A stretch of 64,000 nt of DNA from Armatimonadota bacterium (GTDB taxonomy: Bacteria; Sysuimicrobiota; Sysuimicrobiia; Sysuimicrobiales; Kaftiobacteriaceae). The position numbers and the translations under genes are program-made. Position 1 is the stretch's first letter; the number at the start of each line of letters is the position of its first letter. A model generated the notes under the pieces. The model did no database searches, was not told the origin of the DNA, and was given only the letters and a program-made list of their open reading frames with translations. Below are positions 52,257 through 62,440 of this stretch, piece by piece. The stretch is taken from assembly GCA_037440005.1 (NCBI GenBank), contig JBBIUY010000008.1, forward strand, positions 1-64,000, given 5' to 3'.

Positions 52257-53147
52257 TCAGCCGCGGGCGGCCACGACCCGGTTGCGCAGGACCCCGATCC
52301 CCTCCACCTCGGCCTCCATCACGTCCCCGGGCTGGAGCCACCGGGGAGGGGAATATCCCATGCCCACCCCTTCGGGGGTCCCGGTGGTCAGGATGTCTCC
52401 GGGCTCGACGGTCATGCCCGCCGACAGGACCTCGATCAGCTGCGCCACCGTGAAGATCATCTTGGCCGTGGTGGAGTCCTGGCGGGTCTCGCCGTTGACC
52501 CGCATCCGCAGCCGCAGCCGCTGGGGGTCGGGCAGGGCGGACCGGTGGACGATCCACGGGCCCAGGGGCGCAAACGTGTCCAGGGACTTGCCCTTGAACC
52601 ACTGCTGGTGACGGCGCTGCAGGTCCCGGGCCGTCACGTCGTTGAGGATGGTGTAGCCGAAGACGTACTCCAGCGCCCGGGAGGCGGGAATGTTCCGGCC
52701 GCGCCGCCCGAAGACCACCGCCAGCTCCACCTCGTAGTCCAGCTGCTGGGTCACGGGGTGGTAGATCACGGGCGCGTCGGGGCCCACCACCGCCGTGGGG
52801 GGTTTGGTGAAGAACACCGGCACGTCGGGCGGCGCCACGCCCCCTTCCCGGGCGTGCTCGGCGTAGTTGCGGCCCATGCACACGATGTTCTTGCGGGGCC
52901 GCGGGATAGGGGCCAGCAGCCGCGTGCGGCGCAGCGGCGCCGCCGGCCGTCCCGCCGCCACCCAGGCGTCCGCGTCGCGGGCCAGGGCCTTGAGGGTCGC
53001 TGGGGGGACCTCCGCGATGACGTCCACCATCTCCCGCGGCGTCCGGACTCCGCGCCGGCGGGCCAGCGCCTCCAGGTCCACGATCCTGTCGCCGACCACG
53101 TAGCCCACCCGCGCCTCGCGCCCTGCCCGGTAGGTTGCCAGCCTCAC
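52257..53147 (-). CDS. Fumarylacetoacetate hydrolase family protein
   Basis: CMGRNYAEH, FFTKP, LDYEVEL, NDVTARD, KGKSLDTF.PLGP, GDILTTGTPEG. Confidence 0.92.
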   Translation of the reverse strand: MRLATYRAGREARVGYVVGDRIVDLEALARRRGVRTPREMVDVIAEVPPATLKALARDADAWVAAGRPAAPLRRTRLLAPIPRPRKNIVCMGRNYAEHAREGGVAPPDVPVFFTKPPTAVVGPDAPVIYHPVTQQLDYEVELAVVFGRRGRNIPASRALEYVFGYTILNDVTARDLQRRHQQWFKGKSLDTFAPLGPWIVHRSALPDPQRLRLRMRVNGETRQDSTTAKMIFTVAQLIEVLSAGMTVEPGDILTTGTPEGVGMGYSPPRWLQPGDVMEAEVEGIGVLRNRVVAARG

Positions 53148-53268
53148 CTCTGCCCTCCTGGGTACCGGAATCCGGCGGGGACTGCCGCCGCCGTCCGCCC
53201 GCGCCGACAGCAGGGGAGTTTCCACACGCAGCGAAGGCTACCCTCCGGCACACGCCGAGGAGGGTCTT

Positions 53269-54393
53269 ATGGCTGGGGTCCGGGTGTACGTCGGCACCAC
53301 CGACGGTCTGTACGTGTTCACCTCCGACGCGCGGCGCCGGACGTGGCGCCGCCAGGGGCCGTACCTGCGGGGCGTCCCCGTCAGCCACTGCGCCTGGGAC
53401 GCCCGCACGCGCACGCTGTACGCCGCCACCCTCGCCGAGGGGGTGTATGCCAGCCGGACCGGGGGCCGGACCTGGACGCCGCTCAACGACGGCCTGTCCA
53501 TCCGCCGGGTGTGGACTGTGGCGGTGAACCCCCGCGACCCCGACGAGCTGTGGGCGGGCACCCACTTCAGCTACCTGTTCTGGAGCACCGACCGCGGGCG
53601 CACCTGGCGGGTGCACCCCGGCTACTTGGAGGCGCCCGGCAAGGAGGGGCGGTACGGGGACTGGGGGTACGGCACCATCGGCAACTCCCTGCACGGCATC
53701 CACCTGGACCCGCGCGACCCCCGGCGGATGCTGGTGGTCAGCAGCACCAACCACGGCGCGGTGCGGTCCCTGGACGGCGGGCGGACCTGGGAGTACGCGC
53801 GCGCCGGCGTGTTTGAGTCCTGCCCGGCGGCCGGAGCGGCGGACCTGCGGCGGCCGATGAGCGCCGAGGAACGGGCCCGGGCCGCCGCGCAGCACCTGGC
53901 CGAGGTCCACGCCTGCACCCACCGCATCGGCGTCTGCGCCGCCGCGCCCCGGGTCCTGTACCGCCAGCAGCACTGCGGGGTCTACCGCAGCGACGATTTC
54001 GGGGCGACCTGGCAGGACGTCTCCGCCGGGCTGCCCGACCGCCACGGCTTCCCGGTGGCCGTGCATCCCGCCGACCCCGACACCGCGTTCGTGGTGCCGG
54101 CGTACCAGGGCAACGGGTGCACCCGCCACAACTCCTGCATCCGCGGACCCCTGGACGTGTACCGCACCCGGACCGGCGGCCGCAGCTGGGAGCGCCTGTC
54201 CGACGGCCTGCCCCGCCGGGTGCACTGCGTGGTGCTGCGGCACGCCATGGACGCCGACACCCTGCGCCCGGCCGGCGTGTACGTCGGGACCACCAGCGGA
54301 GAGGTCTACGGCAGCGCCGACGAAGGCGACAGGTGGGTCCTGCTGGGGCGGGGCCTGCCCCGGGTGCAGGGCATCACGGCGGTGGTGGGATAG
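53269..54393 (+). CDS. BNR/Asp-box repeat beta-propeller protein
   Basis: Repeated SxDxGxTW motifs (STDRGRTW, SLDGGRTW, SDDFGATW, SADEGDRW); QQHCGVYRS, LRHAM. Confidence 0.82.
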   Translation: MAGVRVYVGTTDGLYVFTSDARRRTWRRQGPYLRGVPVSHCAWDARTRTLYAATLAEGVYASRTGGRTWTPLNDGLSIRRVWTVAVNPRDPDELWAGTHFSYLFWSTDRGRTWRVHPGYLEAPGKEGRYGDWGYGTIGNSLHGIHLDPRDPRRMLVVSSTNHGAVRSLDGGRTWEYARAGVFESCPAAGAADLRRPMSAEERARAAAQHLAEVHACTHRIGVCAAAPRVLYRQQHCGVYRSDDFGATWQDVSAGLPDRHGFPVAVHPADPDTAFVVPAYQGNGCTRHNSCIRGPLDVYRTRTGGRSWERLSDGLPRRVHCVVLRHAMDADTLRPAGVYVGTTSGEVYGSADEGDRWVLLGRGLPRVQGITAVVG

Positions 54394-55210
54394 GCGACCC
54401 GCCCCCGGCGGCGGCCTCCGGGGCGGGGGCGTCGACAAGCAGGGAGGGGTCGCGTTCGAGGACCTCCACGGGACCCGTGGGCAGGGAGACCACCCGGATC
54501 CGGAAGTCCCTGTACAGAGCCGGGGCCAGCGGCCGCGCCACGTCCCGGAAGATGGTCACCGCCACCTCCCGCATCTCCTGGTCCACGTGCAGCTCACCCC
54601 GCTTTTCGAAGAACTCCCGCCAGGCCCGGTGGTTGCCGGTGATAACGATGTGGGTCTCGGTCATGTTGGGCAGCACGCACCGGGCGGCCTCCCGGGCCCG
54701 CTTGCGGCGCAGGGTCTTGTCCTGAAGGCCCGCGAGCTTGCGGGCGCCGATCTCGGCGAGGGCCTGGTAGGCCTGCTGGACCCGGTCGTACAGGTCGGCC
54801 AGGATCGCCAGGGCCTCGGGGTCGTCCCGGAACAGCGGGGGGACCACCCACGGCGCGTCGTCCTCGCTGACGAACCGCTGGCTGAGCTGGGAGAAGCTGA
54901 AGTGGCGGTGGCGGACCATCTCGTGGGTGAACGAGCGGGACACGCCCGTCAGCATCACCGTGAAGCCGGCGTGCTCCAGGACCGAGTAGTGCCCCTGGGC
55001 CAGCAGGTGGGCCAGGTAGTCGGCGTTGGTGCGGGTGGCGGGGTTGGGCTTGTGCCAGGACTGGTAGCAGGCCCGCCCGGCGAACTCCACCAAGGCGCTG
55101 GCCGGGTCGGCGGCGTCGGTGGTCCACACCGCCCACGGCGTCCCCTCCCGGTCGTCCAGGACGAACCGGGTCTCGGCGACTTTGACGACGCGCAGCTGCG
55201 CGGTCCTCAT
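54374..55210 (-). CDS. thyX: Flavin-dependent thymidylate synthase
   Basis: EFAGRACYQS, HYSVLEH, SRSFTHEMVRHRHFSFSQLSQRF, REAAR.VLPN.TET, TGNHRAWR; GGAGG RBS. Confidence 0.96.
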   Translation of the reverse strand: MRTAQLRVVKVAETRFVLDDREGTPWAVWTTDAADPASALVEFAGRACYQSWHKPNPATRTNADYLAHLLAQGHYSVLEHAGFTVMLTGVSRSFTHEMVRHRHFSFSQLSQRFVSEDDAPWVVPPLFRDDPEALAILADLYDRVQQAYQALAEIGARKLAGLQDKTLRRKRAREAARCVLPNMTETHIVITGNHRAWREFFEKRGELHVDQEMREVAVTIFRDVARPLAPALYRDFRIRVVSLPTGPVEVLERDPSLLVDAPAPEAAAGGGSPIPPPP

Positions 55211-55392
55211 GGCCAACCTCCCGCAGGCAACGACCCCAGGGAGGAGGTGCGGGCGAAGGAGGAGTGGTGTCGGGATACTGCCGTGTGGGGAGCCAGGCGT
55301 GGAAGGCGTCCAGGATTAGACTCGAAGGCTCCTCCCCCCTGTGGGTCCGGACACCAGTATTCCCCCTCCCCCTCCCGAATTCCTTCTGGCGA

Positions 55393-55440
55393 TATCAACA
55401 TGTTGTGGATAAGCTGCGGGTTTGCTCCCATATCCTGGGG
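55393..55440. promoter_or_regulatory. Tandem NrdR-box-like sites upstream of thyX
   Basis: tatCaAcATgTtGtgg (55393-55408) and ctcCcAtATcctGggg (55425-55440) fit acaCwAtATaTwGtgt and start 32 bp apart. Confidence 0.6.
55404..55412 (-). promoter_or_regulatory. Perfect DnaA box
   Basis: TGTGGATAA is the reverse complement of TTATCCACA. Confidence 0.5.
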
Positions 55441-55517
55441 CGAGCAGGCGTTTGAGGGTTCTGGCAGGCCACGCCGGGGGGAGGGGGATCCGGGCGGCCG
55501 GAGGGGGCGCCCCCGCG

Positions 55518-56138
55518 ATGGCTAAGTTAGCGGACCTGGAACAGCACATCCTCCGGAGGCTACAGGGCCGGAGGCGGCGGGACCTGGCGGTGCCGGGCCT
55601 GCGCCGGGCGGCCGTCCTGCTCGCCCTGCTCTCCCACGGAGGGGAGGTGCGCGTGCTGCTCACCCGGCGGACCGAGCAGGTCGAACACCACAAAGGCCAG
55701 ATCAGCCTCCCCGGAGGGGAGGCTGACCCGTCCGACGCCGGGCCCGTGGAGACCGCCCTGAGGGAGACCGAGGAGGAGCTGGGGATCCCCCGCACTGCGG
55801 TCCAGGTCCTGGGGATCCTCGACGACGTCCTGACGGTGGTCAGCGGCTTTGTCATCACCCCCGTGGTCGGCATCATCCCGCAGCCGGCCGACCTGCGGGT
55901 GAACGCCGCCGAGATCGCCGAGGTGCTGGCCGTCCCCCTGGCCGTGTTCACCGACCCGCAGGCCCTGCGCGTGGAGAGGCGGGTGCGGGACGGGCAGTGG
56001 GTAGACGTGCTGTTTTACCGCTACGGCCCCCATGAGATCTGGGGGGCGACAGCACGGATCCTCAAGAGTTTCGTGGACGCGGTGTTCGGCGACGATCCCC
56101 CCGTCCCCGGGCGGATTTTGGGGTCAGACGCTGGATAG
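55518..56138 (+). CDS. Nudix hydrolase, CoA pyrophosphatase family
   Basis: AAVL, LLTRR...HKGQISLPGG, Nudix box TALRETEEELG, IWGATA.IL. Confidence 0.92.
   Translation: MAKLADLEQHILRRLQGRRRRDLAVPGLRRAAVLLALLSHGGEVRVLLTRRTEQVEHHKGQISLPGGEADPSDAGPVETALRETEEELGIPRTAVQVLGILDDVLTVVSGFVITPVVGIIPQPADLRVNAAEIAEVLAVPLAVFTDPQALRVERRVRDGQWVDVLFYRYGPHEIWGATARILKSFVDAVFGDDPPVPGRILGSDAG
56112..56131 (+). repeat. Further copy of the REP-like GGGGTCAGAC element
   Basis: CGGATTTTGGGGTCAGACGC matches 4109-4128 at 19 of 20 positions. Confidence 0.65.
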
Positions 56139-56332
56139 CGTTTCATCCGCCGCACGCCCAAAAGGGCCAGTGTCCGGAAGAAACTAGCCAGAAACTGCGT
56201 ACGGTACGTCAATTTCTTTGATTTTCGCTGGCTTTCACTTGGTTGCTCCGTTTTTCACACGCCCGTTCGCCCGTTTCTGGGGGGTGGTCCCCCTGCTATA
56301 CTGGACCCGGCAGGACCCTCGGGAGGCTCCCC

Positions 56333-56662
56333 ATGATGCACTTCGCTCGTCCTTTGTTCACAATTTCCGTCGCAGCCAACCTGGTCGGGGTCTCTCCGCA
56401 GACGCTGCGCCGGTGGGAGCGGGTCGGGCTGCTGTCCCCCCTGCGGGAGGGGCCCCGGCGGCGCCGGCTGTACTCCTGGCGCGACATCGAGCGCGCCCAG
56501 GAGATCCGCTACCTCGTGGTGCGCAGGAGGCTGCCGCTGAAGGCCGTGCGGGCTCACCTGCGCCTGGCCGCCGCCAGGCGCCTGGTCGCGGTGCTGCCGA
56601 AGATCGGCTCCCGGTCGGGCACCCCGCTCGTGCCTCCCATCGCCCTGGCCATCCCCCGCTGA
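56333..56662 (+). CDS. MerR-family HTH regulator (HspR-like)
   Basis: FTISVAANLVGVSPQTLRRWERVGLLSP...RRLYS..DIE; GGAGG RBS; extended -10 TGcTATACT at 56294-56302. Confidence 0.85.
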   Translation: MMHFARPLFTISVAANLVGVSPQTLRRWERVGLLSPLREGPRRRRLYSWRDIERAQEIRYLVVRRRLPLKAVRAHLRLAAARRLVAVLPKIGSRSGTPLVPPIALAIPR

Positions 56663-56755
56663 CGCCGGCCGCCGTCTCTGCGTGGTAGGCTGGGAGGCAG
56701 ACGCGGGTCCCCGGCGGGGCCCGCCGGAGGGCCCCGCCGGGCGGGAAGGTGGGCC

Positions 56756-57922
56756 ATGAGCGCACAGCGGCGGATCTACATGGACCATGCGGCCACCACC
56801 CCGGTGGACCCCCGGGTGGTGGACGCGATGCTCGCGTACTTCACCGAGCGGTTCGGCAACGCCAGCAGCGTCCACCAGTTCGGCCAGGAGGCCCGGGAGG
56901 CCGTGGACCGGGCGCGGGAGGCCGTGGCCCGGGCCATCGGGGCTCAGCCCTCGGAGATCGTCTTCACCAGCGGGGCCACCGAAGCCGACAACTTCGCCGT
57001 GCTGGGGACGGCGTGGGCCAACGAGGACCGGGGCCGGCACATCATCACCTCGGCGGTGGAGCACCACGCCGTCCTGGAGCCCTGCCGGTTTTTGGAGTCT
57101 CGGGGATTTGAGGTCACCTACGTGCCCGTGGACCGGTACGGCCGGGTGGACCCCGACGACGTGCGCCGGGCGATCCGCCCCGACACCATCCTGATCTCGG
57201 TGATGCACGCCAACAACGAGATCGGGACCCTGCAGCCGGTGGCCGAGATCGCGCGCCTGGGCCGGGAGCGGGGCATCCTGGTCCACACCGACGCCACCCA
57301 GTCGGTGGGCATCCTGCCCGTCCGGGTGGACGAGCTGGGCGTGGACCTGCTGTCCCTGTCGGCCCACAAGCGGTACGGCCCCAAGGGAGTGGGCGCCCTG
57401 TACATCCGCCGCGGGGCCCGGGTCGCCCGGATCCAGCACGGGGGAGCCCACGAACGCAACCGGCGGGCGGGGACCGAAAACGTGCCGGGCATCGTGGGGA
57501 TGGGGGCCGCCCTGGACCTGGCGGTGCAGGAGATGGAGGAGGAGGCGGCCCGCCTGCGCCGCCTCCGGGACCGGATGATCGCCGGACTGCTGCAGATCGA
57601 CGGCGCGCGGCTGAACGGCCATCCCACCGAACGCCTGCCCGGCAACGTCAACGTCTCCTTCGCCGGCACCGACAGCGAGTCGCTGTTGCTGGCCCTGGAC
57701 CTGCGGGGGGTGGCGGCCAGCAGCGGCTCCGCCTGCACCGCCGGCAGCCTGGAGCCCTCCCACGTGTTGTCGGCCATCGGGCTGCCCCCCGAGGTGGCCG
57801 CGGGCACGCTGCGCTTCTCTTTGGGCCGGGGCACCACCGAGCAGGACGTGGACGACGTGCTGGCCCTGATGCCGGAGATCGTCGCCGCCGTCCGCCGCGC
57901 CGCGCGCGCCGGCGTGCGTTGA
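56756..57922 (+). CDS. iscS: Cysteine desulfurase (IscS/NifS)
   Basis: [54 protein letters not shown]. Confidence 0.95.
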   Translation: MSAQRRIYMDHAATTPVDPRVVDAMLAYFTERFGNASSVHQFGQEAREAVDRAREAVARAIGAQPSEIVFTSGATEADNFAVLGTAWANEDRGRHIITSAVEHHAVLEPCRFLESRGFEVTYVPVDRYGRVDPDDVRRAIRPDTILISVMHANNEIGTLQPVAEIARLGRERGILVHTDATQSVGILPVRVDELGVDLLSLSAHKRYGPKGVGALYIRRGARVARIQHGGAHERNRRAGTENVPGIVGMGAALDLAVQEMEEEAARLRRLRDRMIAGLLQIDGARLNGHPTERLPGNVNVSFAGTDSESLLLALDLRGVAASSGSACTAGSLEPSHVLSAIGLPPEVAAGTLRFSLGRGTTEQDVDDVLALMPEIVAAVRRAARAGVR

Positions 57923-57955
57923 CACCGCCCGCGGCCTCTGCGATCATCGGGAGTA

Positions 57956-58309
57956 GTGGCGGACTACCTTCCCATCGTCGTGCACATCGCCCTGGTGGTG
58001 CTGGTGGTGACGGGCCTGGTGGCCCTCCACCACCGGCTGGGCCGTCCCCGGCCGCTGCCGGGCAAGCTGGAGCCCTACGAATCCGGCGTGTGGCCGGTGG
58101 GGACCGCCCGGGAGCGGGTGCCGGTCCGCTACTACCTCATCGCCATGCTGTTCCTGCTGCTGGACGTGGAGGCGGTCTTCCTGTACCCGTGGGCGGTCAT
58201 CGCCCGGGAACTGCGGGTGCTGGGCCTGGTGGAGATGCTGACCTTCGTGGGCGTGCTGGGGGCGGGGTTCGTCTACGCCTGGCGCCGGGGGGCGCTGCAG
58301 TGGCAGTGA
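57956..58309 (+). CDS. nuoA: NADH-quinone oxidoreductase subunit A
   Basis: [35 protein letters not shown]. Confidence 0.93.
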   Translation: MADYLPIVVHIALVVLVVTGLVALHHRLGRPRPLPGKLEPYESGVWPVGTARERVPVRYYLIAMLFLLLDVEAVFLYPWAVIARELRVLGLVEMLTFVGVLGAGFVYAWRRGALQWQ

Positions 58310-58842
58310 CGGGGTCGCCCACCGTGGTCTCCCGCGCCCGGTTGCCGGGCGAGGTGACCGAGGCGGACGTGCGGGCCCTGCAGGGCAACGTGCTCACCAC
58401 CACCGTGGAGCGGCTGGTGGCCTGGGCCCGGCGCAACTCCATCTGGCCCGCCCAGTTCGGGCTCGCCTGCTGCGCCATCGAGATGATGTCCACCGCGGCG
58501 GCGCGGTTTGACATCGCCCGCTTCGGCAGCGAGCTGTTCCGGGCATCGCCCCGGCAGGCGGATCTGATGATCGTCTCCGGCCGGGTGAGCCAGAAGATGG
58601 CGCCGGTGGTCAAGCACATCTACGAGCAGATGCTGGAGCCCAAGTGGGTCATCGCCATGGGCGACTGCGCCTCCTGCGGCGGCGTGTTCAACAACTACGC
58701 GCTGGTCCAGGGCGTGGACAAGCTGATCCCCGTGGACGTCTACGTGGCCGGCTGCCCGCCCCGGCCGGAAGCCCTGCTGTACGGGCTGCTCAAGCTCCAG
58801 GAGCTCATCGCCCACCCGGAGCGCCGGCGGGGACGGCCATGA
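58306..58842 (+). CDS. nuoB: NADH-quinone oxidoreductase subunit B
   Basis: [47 protein letters not shown]. Confidence 0.96.
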   Translation: MTGSPTVVSRARLPGEVTEADVRALQGNVLTTTVERLVAWARRNSIWPAQFGLACCAIEMMSTAAARFDIARFGSELFRASPRQADLMIVSGRVSQKMAPVVKHIYEQMLEPKWVIAMGDCASCGGVFNNYALVQGVDKLIPVDVYVAGCPPRPEALLYGLLKLQELIAHPERRRGRP

Positions 58843-59351
58843 CCGACGCCCCCGCCCGCTTGGCCGCGCGGCTGGGAGAGGTCGTCCGGGAGCGGGTGGA
58901 GTTCCGGGACGAGCTCACCCTGGTGGTCCCCCGGGAGGCCGTTCTGGCGGCCCTGGAGGCGGCCCGGGCGGAGGGCTTTGGGATGCTGACCGACCTCACC
59001 GCCGTGGACCGCCACCCGGCCCGGCCCCGGTTCGAGGTGGTCTACCTGCTGACCTCCCTGGACCCGCCGGCCCGGGTGCGGCTGAAGGTGCGGGTGGACG
59101 CCGACGACCCGACGGTGCCGTCGGCCACCGGCCTGTGGCCCGGTGCGTCCTGGCTGGAGCGGGAAGTGTACGACCTGTTCGGCATCGTCTTTTCCGGGCA
59201 TCCCGACCTGCGGCGGATCCTGCTGCCGGACGACTGGGAGGGCCACCCCCTGCGCAAGGACTACCCGCTGGTCGAGGAGCCGGTGCAGTTCCTGGGCCGC
59301 ACGCCCAAGGTCCCCAGCGAGATCATCCCCCGGGTTCCGCGGGGTCAGTAG
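58839..59351 (+). CDS. nuoC: NADH-quinone oxidoreductase subunit C
   Basis: [39 protein letters not shown]. Confidence 0.95.
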   Translation: MTDAPARLAARLGEVVRERVEFRDELTLVVPREAVLAALEAARAEGFGMLTDLTAVDRHPARPRFEVVYLLTSLDPPARVRLKVRVDADDPTVPSATGLWPGASWLEREVYDLFGIVFSGHPDLRRILLPDDWEGHPLRKDYPLVEEPVQFLGRTPKVPSEIIPRVPRGQ

Positions 59352-59414
59352 GCGGGAGAGGCCGGGCGACGGATGGGGGGCCGGCCGGCCGCGGGCGCGC
59401 GTGCGGGTGCGGGC

Positions 59415-60593
59415 ATGGGTGAGCTGACGCGGGAAACCCTCGTCCTGAACATGGGCCCCCAGCATCCCAGCACCCACGGGGTGCTGCGGCTGCTCCTGGA
59501 GCTGGAGGGCGAGGTGATCGTGGGCGCCCAGCCGGTCATCGGCTACCTGCACACCGGCTTCGAGAAGGAGATGGAGACCCGCACCTACCACCAGAACATC
59601 GTCTTCCCCCCGCGGATCGAGTACCTGGCCACCTTCATCGAGGAGCAGGCCTACGTGCTGGCCGTGGAAAAGCTGCTGGGCATCACCGCCCCGCCCCGGG
59701 CGCAGACCATCCGGCTCATCCTGGCCGAGCTGTCCCGCATCGCCAGCCACCTGGTGTACCTGGGCACCGCCGCCATCGACCTCAACGTCAGCAGCGTGTT
59801 CATGTACTGCTTCCGGGACCGGGAGCAGATCCTGGACATCTTCGAGATGGTGAGCGGCCAGCGGATGATGCACGGCTACTTCCGCATCGGCGGCCTGCAG
59901 TGGGACCTGCCCGAGGGGTTCGTGCCCCGGGTGCGGGCGTTCCTGGAGGAGTTCCCCCGCCGCCTGGACGAGTACGAGGCGCTGCTGACCGACAACCTGA
60001 TCTGGCGGAAGCGCACCGAGGGGGTGGCGGTGCTCAGCGCCGACGACGCCGTGCGCTACGGCTGCACCGGCCCGGTGCTGCGGGGGTCGGGGATCGCCTA
60101 CGACGTGCGCAAGGCCTTCCCCTACGGCGGCTACGACGAGTACGCCTTCGACGTGCCGGTGGGCAGCCGCGGGGACGCCTTCGACCGGTACCGGGTGCGG
60201 ATGGAAGAGATGCGCCAGAGCCGCCGGATCATCCTGCAGGCCCTGGACCGCCTGGCGCCGGGGCCCGTCATGGTGGACGACCGGAAGGTGGCGCTGCCGC
60301 CCCGGGCGGAGCTGGTCCGCAGCATGGAGGCGGTGATCCACCACTTCAAGCTGGTCAGCGAGGGGATCCACCCGCCGCCGGGGGAGGTGTACGCGGCGGT
60401 GGAGTCTCCCCGGGGCGAGAAGGGCTACTACATCGTCAGCGACGGGAGCAACCGGCCGGTGCGGGTGCGGGTGCGCTCGGCGTCGTTCAACAACCTGCAA
60501 GCCCTGCCGGTGATGCTGTACCGGGGAACCGTTGCCGACGTGGTGGTGGCCATCGCCAGCATCGACATCGTGCTGGGAGACGTGGACCGGTGA
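59415..60593 (+). CDS. nuoD: NADH-quinone oxidoreductase subunit D
   Basis: LNMGPQHPSTHGVLRL, GYLHTG.EK, ELSRIASH, ESPRGE, DIVLGDVDR. Confidence 0.96.
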   Translation: MGELTRETLVLNMGPQHPSTHGVLRLLLELEGEVIVGAQPVIGYLHTGFEKEMETRTYHQNIVFPPRIEYLATFIEEQAYVLAVEKLLGITAPPRAQTIRLILAELSRIASHLVYLGTAAIDLNVSSVFMYCFRDREQILDIFEMVSGQRMMHGYFRIGGLQWDLPEGFVPRVRAFLEEFPRRLDEYEALLTDNLIWRKRTEGVAVLSADDAVRYGCTGPVLRGSGIAYDVRKAFPYGGYDEYAFDVPVGSRGDAFDRYRVRMEEMRQSRRIILQALDRLAPGPVMVDDRKVALPPRAELVRSMEAVIHHFKLVSEGIHPPPGEVYAAVESPRGEKGYYIVSDGSNRPVRVRVRSASFNNLQALPVMLYRGTVADVVVAIASIDIVLGDVDR

Positions 60594-62437
60594 TCCCTCT
60601 GGAGCGCGACGCCGCGCAGGCCCCCGTGCTGTCCGAACAGGCCCGGGCGGAGATCCGCCGGCTGATGGGCCGCTTCCCCCACCGCCAGTCGGCCCTGCTG
60701 GGCGCCCTGTTCGTCGCCCAGGCCGAGGCGGGCTACCTGAGCCCACCGGTGCTGGCGGAGGTGGCGGAGGTGCTGGACCTGCCCTACAGCGAGGTGGTGT
60801 CGGTGGCGTCGTTTTACCACCTGTACCATCTGAAGCCGGTGGGCCGCCACGTGATCCAGGTCTGTACCAACATCTCCTGCCACCTCCGGGGCTGCGCCCG
60901 GGTGGTGGACCACCTGCGGGATCGGCTGGGGGTGGAGGTCGGGCAGACCACCGCCGACGGCGTGTTCACCCTGCGGACGGCCGAGTGCCTGGCGGCCTGC
61001 GACCGCGCCCCGGTCCTGATGGTGGACGACGACCTGTTCGGCCCGGTGGACGCCCCCGTCGCCGAGCAGATCCTCTCCGCCTACGCCGCCGGCGCCCGCC
61101 CCGCCGCCTCCGCCGTCTCCGGCCCCCGGGCCCCCCGCGTTGAAGCCCGGACCCCGGACTCTGAGGGGGGTCCGGTCCTGCTGCGCTATGTGCACGAGCC
61201 CGACCAGGGCGAGCTGGACGCCTACCTCGCCCGGGGCGGCTACGAGGGGCTGCGCCGGGCCCTGTCCATGGCGCCCGAGGCGGTCATCGAGGAGGTGGAG
61301 CGCTCGGGGCTGCGCGGCCGGGGCGGGGCCGGATTTCCCACCGGCCGCAAGTGGAAGTTTCTGCCCCGGGACCCCGCGGTCACCAAGTACGTGGTGGTGA
61401 ACGCCGACGAAGGCGAGCCCGGCACCTTCAAGGACCGCACCCTCCTGGAGGGAGACCCCCACCGGCTGGTGGAGGGGACCGTCATCGCCGCCTATGCGGT
61501 GGGCGCCCGCCAGGCGTTCATCTACCTGCGCCGGGAGTTCGCCCGCGCCCGCGCGGTGCTGGAACGCGCCCTGGCCCAGGCCGAACAGGCGGGGCTGGTG
61601 GGCCGCAACATCCTGGGCCGGGGGGTGGACGTGGAGGTGGTCCTGGCCACCGGGGCGGGCGCCTACATCGCCGGGGAAGAGACGGCGCTGCTGGAGTCCC
61701 TGGAAGGCCGGCGCGCCCTGCCGCGGCTGAAGCCTCCCTACTACCCCGCCGTCAAGGGCCTGTACGGGCAGCCCACGGCCCTGAACAACGTGGAGACCCT
61801 CTGCCACGTGGCCTGGATCCTGGCCCGGGGGGCGGAGTGGTACCGCCGGCAGGGGCCGCCGATTCTGATCTCGGTCAGCGGGCACGTGGCTCGCCCCGGG
61901 GTGTACGAGGTGCCCCTGGGCACGACCATCCGGCAGGTGATCGAGCGGGCGGGGGGCATGCGGGACGGCCGCGCCTTCAAGGCCTGCTTTCCCGGCGGGT
62001 CGTCGTCGGCCATCCTCCCGGCGGCGTACCTGGACACCCCGATGGACTACGACGCCCTGGCCCGGCTGGACGTCTATGGGTCCATGCTGGGCTCGGCGGC
62101 GCTGATCGTCATGGACGACACCACCTGCATGGTGGAGGTGGTGGCCCGCACCGTGGAGTTCTACCGGGACGAGTCCTGCGGCAAGTGCACCCCCTGCCGG
62201 GAGGGGACCGTGTGGCTGGGCCAGGTCCTGCGGCGGATCCTGGCCGGCGGCGGGCGTCCGGCGGACCTGGACCTGCTGGAGGGGATCGCCCGGGGGATGA
62301 CCGGAACGTGCTTCTGCCCGCTGGGGGAGAGCGTGCCCCCGGCCATCTACGCGTCGCTGCGCTTTTTCCGCCATGAGTTCGAGCACCACATCGCCCACCG
62401 GACCTGCGACGTGCGGTCGCCGGTCCCGGCCGCATAA
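60590..62437 (+). CDS. nuoEF: Fused NADH-quinone oxidoreductase subunits E and F
   Basis: NuoE: VCTNISC..ECLAAC..AP; Ala/Pro linker; NuoF: SGLRGRGGAGFPTG.KW, NADEGEPGTFKDR, GEETAL, ESCGKCTPCREG, CFCPLG. One continuous frame. Confidence 0.92.
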   Translation: MIPLERDAAQAPVLSEQARAEIRRLMGRFPHRQSALLGALFVAQAEAGYLSPPVLAEVAEVLDLPYSEVVSVASFYHLYHLKPVGRHVIQVCTNISCHLRGCARVVDHLRDRLGVEVGQTTADGVFTLRTAECLAACDRAPVLMVDDDLFGPVDAPVAEQILSAYAAGARPAASAVSGPRAPRVEARTPDSEGGPVLLRYVHEPDQGELDAYLARGGYEGLRRALSMAPEAVIEEVERSGLRGRGGAGFPTGRKWKFLPRDPAVTKYVVVNADEGEPGTFKDRTLLEGDPHRLVEGTVIAAYAVGARQAFIYLRREFARARAVLERALAQAEQAGLVGRNILGRGVDVEVVLATGAGAYIAGEETALLESLEGRRALPRLKPPYYPAVKGLYGQPTALNNVETLCHVAWILARGAEWYRRQGPPILISVSGHVARPGVYEVPLGTTIRQVIERAGGMRDGRAFKACFPGGSSSAILPAAYLDTPMDYDALARLDVYGSMLGSAALIVMDDTTCMVEVVARTVEFYRDESCGKCTPCREGTVWLGQVLRRILAGGGRPADLDLLEGIARGMTGTCFCPLGESVPPAIYASLRFFRHEFEHHIAHRTCDVRSPVPAA

Positions 62438-62440
62438 GCC

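Noticed and set aside
55380..56300. Replication origin
   Set aside because: Only one clear DnaA box, and no dnaA or dnaN nearby. The AT-richer patch at 56140-56300 is better explained as the MerR-gene promoter region.
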